Shown here: piece by piece, positions 53,511 through 64,000 of the stretch
How the letters are laid out: each line of letters begins with the position of its first letter
Position numbering within the stretch: position 1 is the stretch's first letter
Assembly (NCBI GenBank): GCA_028534125.1
Contig: CM052818.1
Coordinates: 36,892,001 to 36,956,000, forward strand
DNA: 64,000 nucleotides
Reading direction: 5' to 3'
Origin: Lama glama
Lineage: Eukaryota
Made by a program: the position numbers and the translations under genes
The notes under the pieces: model-generated
Database searches by the model: none
The model's input: only the letters and a program-made list of their open reading frames with translations
Told to the model about the DNA's origin: nothing

Positions 53511-54660
53511 TGCGTACTCCTGGGATGGACAAGGGCAGAAGGCTCTGGGCACAGGAGCTGAAAATGGCCCCTGGAGTGTCTCTCCCTGATTGGGCAGGGG
53601 ACAGGGCTACTCTGCCTTTGCCACTGGTGGCTCCCAGCTGGGTCATCTGTCCACCAAAGGGGAAGCGGCAAGAGGAGAGGGGAAGTGGCAAGAGTTGAGG
53701 GGCCCGAGAGGTTTTACTTTCCTTCTGTACTGTTACTTCCCAGCAGGAGGAGGGTGGCTGCAATTTGAGGGGGCTTTAATAGATTCTGTCCAAAGGTGGA
53801 GGCAGAATGAAGGGAACCCACAGGGGATAATGCAGATTCCCAGGGCAGGAACAGCAGGGCTGCTTGCCTCCCCTGGGCCTGAAAAAGCAAGGGTAGGGAG
53901 CAGTTCCTCCACCCAGAATGGGAGGGCTATGTGGACAAGGTGTCTAATGGGAGTTCAGGCTTTGGTTGGGGCTGAAACTTGTAGTCTCCTCCCTTTTCTC
54001 GTCTCCTGTGGGTGTTCCACTATTGACCAAACCCAGTAGAAAGCCAGAAGCAAGGGAGCGCCTCATGTAATCCGTGGAGGTCAGCCTCCCAGGGAGACAG
54101 ATTGGAGAGTGGATCTGGAGGGGCCAGGGGAAGATCCCAGTGCCCCCTGCAACACCTCTTGTAATGCCATTCCTGCTGCAGGTGCACCGCACTGTCTCTA
54201 GGAGGTACCTAGTAACTTGCAAACCTCTAACCTTGGGAAAGTGATGGCTTAGCCATTCATAACAAGTCCGAGATGGCTATCAGATTGGTTGGCTATCAGC
54301 TGTCTGAGGGATGGAACATGGGACAGGTACATTTTTATGGGTAAGGTGAACACAGTAGCAACAGGAGGCTAATGGTTCAGGCTTGGGGGCTCAGTGAGAA
54401 GCAGTCCAGGCAAGCTCTCCACTGGGTGCCTTTGTCTGTGTAACTGCTCTAGGCACCCGAATGGTGGTGGGAAGGGGCTATGGGGGAGAGGGTTCTACAG
54501 ATATGGAAAATGGAAGTCACCAGCATTGTTTTAGGGCCTGCCAGACTCTGAGGTCCTTGGGAGGAAGATACTCAGTCCCACTGCTGACTTCCAGGGGTAT
54601 CCCAGGAACTCATCCCTAAGTCTGTTTTTTCAGAACGTAAAACATATTTCCTTATAAATA
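53511..54660 (-). pseudogene. Fossil LRR exon split by an LTR33 insertion
   Basis: EYLPPKDLRVWQALKQ, PFGCLEQLHR, LSHVPSLRQLIANQ, SRNGITR (54146-54660); resumes after the LTR with ALS(P)A-NQ(G)ETL-PGAIFSSCAQSLLPLSI; candidate donor gtaagc at 53510. Confidence 0.6.
53760..54145 (-). mobile_element. LTR33-like ERVL LTR
   Basis: attgaccaaacccagtagaaagccagaagcaagggagc..gaggtcagcctccc..gagagtggatctggagggg. Confidence 0.75.
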
Positions 54661-54899
54661 ACAATTCCATGAAAACTGATTAAGATTCTTGACTGCTCCT
54701 CAGAAATTGATTTAAATGCTAGGTGGTAAGTACAAGGGCGTTTGTTAAATTATTTTCTGTTTTTCTTTTCTGTATGTTTGAAATATTTCATATGTAAAAA
54801 TAAAACAAATTAAAAATTCAATTTAATACATATTATTTTGACCTCATGTCATGGGAAGAGAGTCAATGGAGGTGAGGGAGGAGAAGTTAAAGAAGGAAG

Positions 54900-55206
54900 G
54901 GAGGATAAATTAGGGGCTTGGGATTAACAGATACACACTACTATATATAAAATAGATGATCAACAATGTCCTACTGTACAGCACAGGGAACTATAGTCAA
55001 TATGTTGTAATAACCTATAATGGAAAAGAATCTGAATAAGAATAATAGATATATATTTATAATTATATAAATAATATATAATGTATTTATATATATATAT
55101 ATAAATTACTGAGTCACTTTGCTGTACACCAGAAACTAACACAATATTATAAATCAACAATACTTCAATGAACTAAATAAATAAAAGAAAAAAAAAGAAG
55201 AAAAAA
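54900..55206 (+). mobile_element. 5'-truncated L1 3' end with poly(A) and TSD
   Basis: TSD aaagaaggaag at 54889-54899 and 55207-55217; tt|aaag endonuclease site; gattaacagatacacactactatatataaaatag. Confidence 0.9.
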
Positions 55207-55439
55207 AAAGAAGGAAGAGAATCCTCTTTCCCTTGATTTCTTTTTGGGCAAAACTTTGAAACAGGGTATAGATATGTCCTTGGCTTCCGCTCACATTCCC
55301 TCTTGTAACCTCACCCAGCTGTCACCTCATCCAGTGTGACAATCCCACAGCGCCAGTCAGCCCTTGAACACAGTGCTTCCCTGTTCTCCCCCCTTCAAAA
55401 CTATAGTATGGCTAGTCTTGGAGACTGGTTAGAAAGTTC

Positions 55440-55930
55440 TTCAATTTCCTATTGATGCTCAGTGAACTGTCTTAAAACTTAGTAGCTTAAAACAACAGCC
55501 ATTTCACTTGGTCACACTTCCGAAGGGCAGGAATTTGGATAGGTCTTAGAGGGACGTATCACTGACAGTTTGTGTGTGATACATGATGTCTGGTTTCGAC
55601 TGGAAAGGCTCAGGTGGCCAAGGGCTGGCTGGGCAGCTCAGCTGGGTCGTATGTCTGGGGCTGTGCTGCTGGCTGCCAGCTGAGTTCTCTGGTTTTCCTC
55701 CATGTGGCTGCTCCATGAGGCCAGCTTGGGCTTCCTCACAGCATGGTGGTCTCAGAGTAGTTTGGTGTTCAACTTCCCCCAGAAGAATTGGAAGCTGCTA
55801 TCCTTTGAGAGGCCAGGCCAGTTACTGCAGGATCACGTTCCCTTGTGCTGTATTGATAAAGCCAGCCCAGATCCAAGGGGAGGGGAATGAGATGCCACCT
55901 TCAGTGAGCAAAGTGACACACGTGTAACAG
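55440..55930 (-). mobile_element. MLT1 MaLR LTR
   Basis: aaaacttagtagcttaaaacaac..gcttgggcttcctcacagcatgg..ccagcccagatccaagggg. Confidence 0.8.
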
Positions 55931-56024
55931 TGGAGGAAGGGAAGGAATGCATGGTGACCACCCTTGGAGGCTAAATTTCCCATAAAAGAATCAGCCTGGC
56001 TTAGATCTGTCCTGGGGTGAATGT

Positions 56025-56555
56025 CACTAGCCTTATGTGGAATTAAAAAAATGGCTGCAAATTCCTCTCCTTGAATCTGGGTTGGCATGTGGCTGTTTAA
56101 CTAAAAGAATTTGGTGGAAGTGACTCTGGGGGACATCAAGGCTAGATTAAAAGGGCCACGAAGATTCTGCCTAGTTCTCTCCAGACTCTCAGTTGAGGGG
56201 AAGCCAGGTGCCCTTGTAAGTCTGATCATCCAGAGGCCACCATGCTGGAGAGACCACATATAGGGGTATCCAGTCTACACCGCAGCTGAGCTTCCAGCCA
56301 ACAGCCAGTATCCACTGCCCTGTATGAGTGACTGTCTCGGACGTCCAGTCCAGTGAGCCTTCATATGACATGGCCCCAACTGCCATCTCTCTACAACCCC
56401 AAACTTGGTCCTACTGAGAGACCCCAAGTAAGAACCCCTCAGATAAGCCCTTCCCAAATTTCTGACCCATGAAATGGTGAGAATAATAAAATGGTTATTT
56501 TAAGCCTTTACATTTTTTAGGGGGATTTGTTATACAGCAATATCACTGGAACATC
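56025..56555 (+). mobile_element. MLT1 MaLR LTR
   Basis: ccttgaatctggg..gccaccatgctggagag..taataaaatggttattttaagcc..ttgttatacagcaat. Confidence 0.8.
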
Positions 56556-57849
56556 TCATAAACCTCCTGGAGGTATTTCCATTTAAGCTATTTCCATTTG
56601 CAGAAGTGAAATTCAGCAGAGAAGTAAAAATCTGGGTAATGGGGTAAGGATATTTGAGCCTGGAGGAGGTTCAAAGTCAGATTCACTTTGACCAAGAGTC
56701 TGGCTTCTCTAAGTAGCTCCTACTTTGCACAAACTCTTTCCTTCCTCCAGTTATGAACCCACAGATGATCACAACCTCTAGGTAAGATGGATGCCACTTC
56801 CCTTTCTGAACCCCAGTGCTCTTGTCTGAAAAAGGGTACAGATACTTCCTTGAGTTCCTGTGAGGTAACTTTAAGAAATCATCTAGCATGTTGCCTGCCG
56901 TATAATTGTGGAACTATTTATTGAACATGAATCTGAGAACGTACTCATTCAAAAATATCAACTAGTTTTGAAATCTTATGTTAGGTGTCAGGTTTCAGGG
57001 GGTTCTTGGGAGCAGAAATTGTACAGAGGTATCTCTCGATTAGCTTATGTCCAGTGTCTGTACCTACTAGGTCGCCTCCGATTTGGGATGGAAAAAGAGA
57101 GTAAACAGTCATGGGTGGAGGAGGAAATTTCATTCCTAAGATGTAGTTTCATCTGATCTCTCACAAGGAGCACAGGGCACAGAAGATCTCAGGAGTTCCA
57201 CGTCAGGAAATGTTTAAGATTTAACATGGTGATTAGGAAGATGCAGTTGAGGGGGTCAGAAAGCCTGGCCCCAAATCCTGGATTTTCCATGTATTAGCTA
57301 ATGAAATAGTGATAATCATAGCCATTAACCTCATGTGATTATTGTGAGCCTTCAAGTTGAGTGTCAGGCACATTCCAGTCCTTGGTCTAGACCACCCAGT
57401 TCTGCTGCTGATGATATTATTATATTATCATTGTCATTACACTTAACCTTGAAAACTCAACTTAGACAGGTACAGGCAAGTTCCGGGCCTAGGCTGGTGA
57501 GGTCTCGAGTGGGAGGCATAGGCAGTTTGTCCTATAGACAAGGGGGAATTTCTAGCTGGGGAATGACCAAATCAGGCTTCTTCTCCCTCCCTTTCTCCTG
57601 CTCCCTCTGCCCTTGCTTTCTCATTTCCTCTCCTCTCCCCTCCTTTAAAATGATGACAGTATGTTCAAGTTGTGCAAATCAAAGGAATAGATTAGAAACA
57701 GGAGAATAAATGTGCTTAGCAGACCCAGGAAATCTCCAGGGGATTAGAATTGATTACCCAGCATGTAATATACAAAACCATCATTTTTCTGCATGTGGTG
57801 AACAATGGGAGCGAAGTAACTTCCCATTCCAATCTTCCTCATCTGGTGG

Positions 57850-58350
57850 GGTTTTTCTCAGTGATGTTGTGGAATAATAGGGGTGAGCAGGCACAAGCTG
57901 GGCCACCTCCCAGTGGCCTCTTTTCTGGAACGGTTGGTGTCAGGGGAAGATCAGAACCCTTTCCAGTGAATTCATCTATCTGGTTTAATTTGAAGAAGAC
58001 CTTGCCTGTCCTGGGAGACGCTGGGACCTTGGAAAGTTGTGTAGATGAAAAGATTGATGCTTTATACCTGAGGCTTATAAAATATATCCTGTTGCCTTTC
58101 TCCATGTGAGGAAGGGCCTCTTTATGTGGACTCTGTGTGAGCCCCACATAGCCCCATTGTCATCTGGGATGGCTCTAGTACTGAATTTCTCTTGATTCGA
58201 CAGGGCCAAATTTACTTCAGTATTTGGAGAGCCTTGATTATAAGATGGATGCAGGTTAGAGAATGTCATTCAGGCTTTGAGCTTTGGAGTTTCGTTTTGC
58301 AGTTCATTTTAGTTTCAGCTGAGACTGGCCATGAGAACTTGGCTTTTGTG
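57850..58350 (-). pseudogene. Fossil LRR array
   Basis: TFSNLHPSYNQ, ALPHMEKGNRIYFI, IFSSTQLSKVP, KVFFKLNQIDEF: repeated LxxLxLxxNxI/L-type motifs with deletions. Confidence 0.5.
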
Positions 58351-58779
58351 AGTTCAAATCACTGTGGGGAATGAAGTCACCATTTTGGTTAAGCTGCTCA
58401 TCCATCTATCTGGAAGGGTAAGATTCTTGTTTTCACCTGCTGCTCATCTTTTTTCATCCTGAAGTTGTGATTTATTTGAATAAAGAGATGACGGTAACAC
58501 AGCTGCCAGCCTATATGATGTCTTTGCATATATTAGAAAGAAGCACCCTTTCAGAGCATACGTAGCATGTTAAACTCATGACTCAGGAGTGAGCATGGCC
58601 TGTACTTTAGCCCCCTAGTTCTCTCCTGATCATGGAGAATTTGAGCAGTGCCCAACTTGCACGTGCAGCTGTGGCAGCCTGCATGAAGTGAAAATATGTT
58701 ATAATAGGCTGACCCAGGGCTTCAGAAGAGTAGCTGAGCCTGGGTGTCCTTTCTGATTTAGTGGTTTCTGGTAAGTAGT

Positions 58780-58892
58780 TTAGAGTTTCTGATTTAGGAG
58801 GTCTGAGGTAGGACCCAATAATTTGTATGTCTAATAAGTTCCTAAGTGATGCTGATGCCCTTGGTCTGGGGGCCACATTTTAAGAGCACTTC
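58780..58892. mobile_element. MER5A fragment
   Basis: gagtttctgatttaggaggtctgagg..taagttcctaagtgatgctgatg..ccacattttaagagcact. Confidence 0.7.
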
Positions 58893-59439
58893 TCTGCAGT
58901 GTACTTCCCTGACCCGGATTTTCCCACTTCCAGGCATTAGTTATCTGATTTGCTCATCAAAACCAAAGATGTTTTCTTACTTAGTGGTGTGGGTTAGTCT
59001 CAAATATACGGCTTCACTGGAACTTTCTGGAAGAGGGTCCCTCTGGCTTTTTCTTAGCAGTTCCCTCTGCTCTAGGAGAACATTGATAAGCTTGGTGGGT
59101 CTGCAGTACCTCAGCCAGCTCAGCCATCAGCATGAGAGTGGAATTGAGCCAGTTCTCTTTTTTTCCAAACCCCTCAGATCCTTCATAATTCTCTCCTAGA
59201 GTGTTGTTTCTTAGACTCAAATGTCGCCTGCTCGATTTTAATCTAGAGATCTATTTTTCATAGTCTGTAGAAAATATGCTCTGCTGTTTTTTCTTACCTA
59301 AGTGTAAAAAAGACAAAACAAAACTTAGTGTACTAGGAAATTTTGCATAGACACTTGAGTACTTAGACAACTTAAAACACACATACACAGACACACGCGC
59401 GTGTGGCGACGCAAGCTTTAATGGGCCGGTTGGGCACTT

Positions 59440-59680
59440 GCGGTGGAGCCAATGAGATTTAGTTTTGCTCAACCAACCTGGAATTTGGTTATCGGTGTCA
59501 TGACACTCCCTCTGGGCCTGGGATGCTCATTTTGGAACATCATGCTCCTTCACGGTCTTGGCAATGGGCTTGGCGTGCTTCCAGATGTCGATGGCTTTCC
59601 CGCTGATGCTTTGCAGGACCGTGGGGCATTTTTTAAAAGGTTGAGCACTAATTCCCCACATCTCGTTAGTGGCAGCAGTT
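59440..59680 (-). pseudogene. Fossil LRRNT plus first LRRs
   Basis: With small frameshifts reads ISAQPFKK-CP(R)SCK(C)-ISGKAID...PIAKTVKE(H/L)DV..N..EGV...LSK(N)*IS; CPxxCxC starts at 59628. Confidence 0.6.
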
Positions 59681-60744
59681 GCTTTATCTGTGAGGATAAC
59701 TGTCCTTCCTAGCTTCTCAATTTGTCAGCTGTACAGTGATTTATTACCTTCCAAAGCTGCAGTAATTGTATAATGATGCAAAAATAATGACAAGCCGTTC
59801 TGATAAACTTTATTACCTGTAGCATCTTGTATTCAGACTGCATTCCAGCATGCTCTATAGGATTACAGAGCACACCCCCATGGGTGACGGCTAGTAGGGA
59901 GGGCAGCTTCTCAAGCCTGAGAGGAAAACAGAAAAAGAAATAGGACTCGAACTTCCTGAACAGAGGCTAAGAAGAATTGGTCTGGGGTGAGTTGATTCCA
60001 TCTGGGGCACACGTCAAATAGAGTTAGCTTCATTTTTATCCCAAGAGTGTGGTATTCACTTGACTATTTTAAATTGGGAATATAGAATTGACCCTTAAAA
60101 ATCTTTAATGAAATATATATTCAAAAGAATGTATATTAATGGCATGCAGTTGAACTCCCATTTTTAGCTTTAACCCCCACCTTTAGAGCATCTCCTTTTT
60201 ATCAAATGACTAAGCTTTCTGCTTTCACACAGGCTCAGACACACCTTCACTTGAGCTGAGTTGTAAGGTGTTGGATGATGTTCTAGGGCTAAGGGTATAA
60301 AGGACTCAAGAAGACGGTGTTAGGAAGTAACTTTCAGATTTGCTTCTCATTTTGGAAAAATATATGAAGTTAAAAATCTCTTTCATGTGGAGTTGAGAAC
60401 TGAGATACAAAATCATAATCAAGTGTGGTTGGTAAGAGAGTTCTTTTAGAAAACAGAACTTACCTAATTTGAGTCTATGGTTGGAGGGTCAGGTCATCAA
60501 TTATTTTCCTGAACCAAAGAGTAATGAGGTCCCTTGTGGAGCTGACTGTGGAGGCAAAGATAATAGATAGGAGTCCTGTGCTGTCTTCCGTCTCCTTTCA
60601 GACCACCTGCCGATGACCTCAGGCAATGCCTGTTTCTTTTATGACGGATTCTCTTGGGATTGTACCAGGGGGCTTAGGCCAAGTCTGTATCCTGAGTGTG
60701 GGGCTTTGAAAGTGAGGAAACATAGGGATTATATTAGAGGACAG

Positions 60745-61135
60745 ACGTTGCCAGTGTTGACCAGCATCCACTTTTCTCATCTCCACAGGCTTGCAGTTGG
60801 ATTGCATTTCCCAGCCTCTCTTACAGTTAGATGGGGACACATGATTTGCTCTGGCCAATAGAATGTAGATACTTCCAGGACTAGCCGTAACAATCTCCCA
60901 TTCATTGGTCCTCCCCCCTCTCCCTCTGTCACCAGCCACTGGAGAAGGCGGGTGCAAGACAGAAGAGTTGTAGATGGAAGTGGCCTTTGAAGGTTGAGTC
61001 ACTTCTTAGAGGAGAGACTCCTAGGATTCCACTGGACTGTGATGTGAATGAGGAATACATCCTTTTTTTGTCTGTTAAAACATTGAAACTTCAGAGTTAA
61101 CTTGTTAGCATAGCATAATTTATCCTATTCTGGCT
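60745..61135 (+). mobile_element. MLT1J-like LTR
   Basis: catttcccagcctctcttacagttag..tctggccaatagaatg..tggactgtgatgtgaatgag. Confidence 0.75.
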
Positions 61136-61894
61136 TCTTGTCTCTGACAATCCATGGAAGAAGTTAGTTCTATGCCCACAGGTATACCTGAGCCTCCTGG
61201 AATCTGGCCACGGTCTTTCTGATTGACCAGGGCTGTATTTCCTTCTTCTGAGTTCTCAAAATTGGGGGCATCCCATTTCCAAATATCAAAATATCTCAAG
61301 ACATCGCTAAATGTCCCTGGGATGGGGGCAGAAGCACCCCTAGCTGGGAACCACTAGGCAAGTCCCCAGCTTGGGACATTGGGAGCATGAGTTTTCTTCT
61401 CTTTGTGGCCAGAGGAATGCCTTCCTGCTTCTTTTCCCTACTTCATGCCATGGTTTGCTGACCACCCTAACTTTGTATTTTCCTCTCATAGTGTAGAATG
61501 GTGATCAGAACTGGTCACCCAGCCAGGGTCTACATTTCTCAGCCTTTATTTGCCTCTAGGTGGGTCCGTGTGACTGAGCTTGGGTCCTAGAAGGTGGATG
61601 GAAGTGATATATGCCTCTTCTGGGCATGGCCCATAAATACTTCCCATTTGGCTCCCCATGTCCCACCCTCCCCCATCTGCTGGCTGGAGGTAGGTGCCCA
61701 GAGCAACACTGGAGGTTACATGGTGTGGATGGCAGGCTTCGCCTCTGTTAATGGGGTCCTGAATGATTCTGTGAAGCTGACTGTCTGCTCCTCCCACCAT
61801 GAGAGAGACAATACGTTTCTAATGTGTCAAGCCTGTAAGATGTCAGGATTTGTTTATTACAGAAGCTGGCATCACTTAAAGATGATAATCACTT

Positions 61895-62070
61895 TTTAAC
61901 TGTTGGGAAAATCACTTAACTATTCTTGCCTCAGTGTTTTCATCTATAAACTGGGGATAATAAAAGTTATTATTACTTAGGGTTGTAATAATGAATAAAT
62001 GAAACCAGTCCACATAAAGCACTTAGAACAGTGTCTGGCCCGTAGAACAGTCTTACTAATCTTATCTATT
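61895..62070 (+). mobile_element. MIR SINE
   Basis: tgggaaaatcacttaac..gcctcagtgttttcatctataaactgggg..taaagcacttagaacagtgtctggc. Confidence 0.85.
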
Positions 62071-62149
62071 CTTACTGTTAATTAGAATAAATAATTGCCA
62101 TCTGCCTGAGCTCGATTATGAGGAAAAGACTTTTTGCTTCAAAGCAATT

Positions 62150-63800
62150 TCCTTTTCTGATCTGTGGAGACTTGCAGGGATCCAGCTGGGACCCAGCTAT
62201 AAGAGAAATCTCTTGTGTAGCCTGGCTTAAGGACAATCCAGGTGGGCACAGGGGCGGGGACTGCATAATCAGTCTCTGGGGTCCTGGCTGTCCACAGGCT
62301 GGAGAGGCGCTGTGGCTGTGGGCATGGGAGAGGCATCCTCCCCATGCAAACATCTGATGGCCAGGCCGTGCCCGACCAAGGCACTGGCGGACAACTGGCC
62401 GCAGTAGGGCAGGAGCTGGGCAGTGGCTGCTCAGGCTGTGTGGCAGCTTCCTTGGATTCTTCACCTTCCAGCAGGGAGTTAGCAGGTTCTTGGTCCTTGC
62501 TAAGTTCATTCCAAAAATCAAAGGAGTAAAGCATCCTGCCTCCCCTGTAACAACCTTCATTCCTGCTTGGCTCAGCCGTTTCCCCACTTGTGAGACCATG
62601 GAATGGCCATTTTTGCCTCAGTGGCTGAGCTGGGGTGGGAGGACATCACTTTGACTCTGCATCACGCCCCACTTTTACTCGCTACCATTTTTCTGTCGGG
62701 ATGTGTCAGGCGCTCTGGGGGGATCTGTAGTGGTCCTCCCGGTATTATTGAGCTAGGAGATGCACTTGGGGAAGGCTTCGCTACCTCAACATTTTGGCTC
62801 CATCTGTACAGGCTGGGGATTTGCTGAGGTCAGCAACGGTCAGATGATCAATAAAGCATTTCAGATAAAACTCCACTTTTGCCTCCAGCAAATTCCCAGC
62901 GTTACTTTGCCTTTGTAAACAACATCTTAAGCAATGCTGATTGTAAATCATCTCCAATGCACCTTTACATCCCTCATGCCGTTTGTTCTCCCTAATAATT
63001 TTTTTTTTTTTTTTTTTTACGGAAGGCAAAAAAGAGTGTTTGTGCCAATGAAGAAACTGAAGCCCAGAGAATTTGGGTGACTTGCCTGAGGTCACCGTGA
63101 GTTAGGTGGGCACAGATGGACTCCTAGGCTCTCAGCAATGGCCTGGGGCATTTGCCCCTGCCTGGCACAGTCTCCAGCCTCTCAGTTAACTCAAGCCTTT
63201 CTCCTGACCTGGCTCTGGGCCCCCTGTGTGGCTGATGAGTGCTAACCGGTGGGTGGGGTGCGGGCAGCCACAAGTTCTCAGACATTGTTGGAGCTGAAGG
63301 CTTACCTCACCTGCTGTCTGGGCAGGCTGGCGGGTGATCACATGTTCCTCTGGACCCAATTATTGGAGGAAAAAAGAATATTTCCTCTAAATTCCTTGAA
63401 CTCCCCTCTAAGCAGCCTATAGGCAGAGGTAAACTGAGGCTGGGTCTTGCCCCAGGAGGGAAAGATCCGAGTGCGTGTGGATGGTCCGATGCAGCATGAC
63501 CTGATGCTGACTGTGTGTGTCCAGAATTTCAGCTCTGCAGGCTTCTCATCAATCAGAGAGAAGCGCCTTCCAGCCTGTACTTAGTGCGGTGACGTCAGTG
63601 ACCTCCAGATGTGGTGATGGACGAGGGTGGCTGGAGGGCATTGCCTCATTTCTGGACAAAATGGCAGTGAGAAAGTGAACCACAGGGCACATCGCATCTT
63701 TAGAACAGGCCTGAAGGATGCAGGAGGCGGGGCTGGAGATCCCTTGGGATCCTTTCACCAAACCCTACAGACGTCTTGGGGGAGCCAGCGGGGTTCCTGC
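62150..63800 (-). pseudogene. Degenerate LRR module (most upstream), interrupted by MIR
   Basis: LRR-like fragments: AILSRNEAM..HPR..PHLEV.DV (~63600-63670), IRENKRHEGCKGAL, AGNLLE, HLTVADLSKSP (~62810-63000), NLLT..RKLPHSL (~62430-62490). Confidence 0.45.
63020..63130 (-). mobile_element. MIR fragment
   Basis: atgaagaaactgaagcccagagaa..gtgacttgcctgaggtcac. Confidence 0.75.
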
Positions 63801-64000
63801 ATTAAGCAAGGATTTCTCTAAGGTGCTGGTGGGCGAAGGGATGTGTCCAGGGGTGGCAAGTACTGGGACCCACTGTCGTACTTGAAATGTCTCCATCCCT
63901 TACCCCAAGCTCTCAAGTCACCTTCTGCAGAAAACAGAGGGGAGTTGCTTAGCTGCATGCACACGTGCTGGAGCAGGTCCAAAGCGAGCACAGGGGCACA

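Larger units (their letters stand above)
2230..63800 (-). pseudogene. Unitary (fossil) pseudogene of a polycystin-1-like gene (PKD1 paralog, pkd1b-like) with expanded LRR N-terminus; probably extends beyond both window ends
   Basis: More than ten separate minus-strand segments give frameshifted/stop-containing translations matching LRR, WSC, C-type lectin, PKD and REJ motifs in the same order as PKD1; several have plausible splice sites. By-eye comparison only. Confidence 0.75.

Noticed and set aside
1..64000. ORF-track entries as functional CDS; tRNA, rRNA, CRISPR or other prokaryotic systems
   Set aside because: The ORFs are short, often start at non-ATG codons, and are L1 fragments, pseudogene pieces or chance; the DNA is mammalian and no structured RNA gene or spacer array was seen.

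Overview
Repeat-rich mammalian genomic DNA. Young L1 3' ends resemble camelid/cetartiodactyl L1s (inference). No intact protein-coding gene, RNA gene or CRISPR array is evident, and the ORF track is mostly noise or L1 fragments. Piecing the minus-strand frames together across stops and frameshifts reveals a heavily decayed gene fossil running almost the whole window (about 63.8 kb down to 2.2 kb, probably open at both ends). In order it reads: several LRRNT-LRR-LRRCT modules, WSC, PKD-like linker, C-type lectin, a PKD1-exon-11-like segment, a giant PKD-repeat/REJ-start exon, and further REJ. This is the ectodomain order of polycystin-1 (PKD1), but with a much expanded LRR region. It is best read as a unitary pseudogene of a PKD1 paralog (pkd1b-like). 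Its exons are interrupted by ancient L2, MIR, MER45, LTR33 and L1M elements, implying very old inactivation. Protein comparisons were made by eye against remembered sequences and consensus motifs and need tBLASTn/HMM confirmation. Repeat family names are also by-eye assignments with approximate boundaries.
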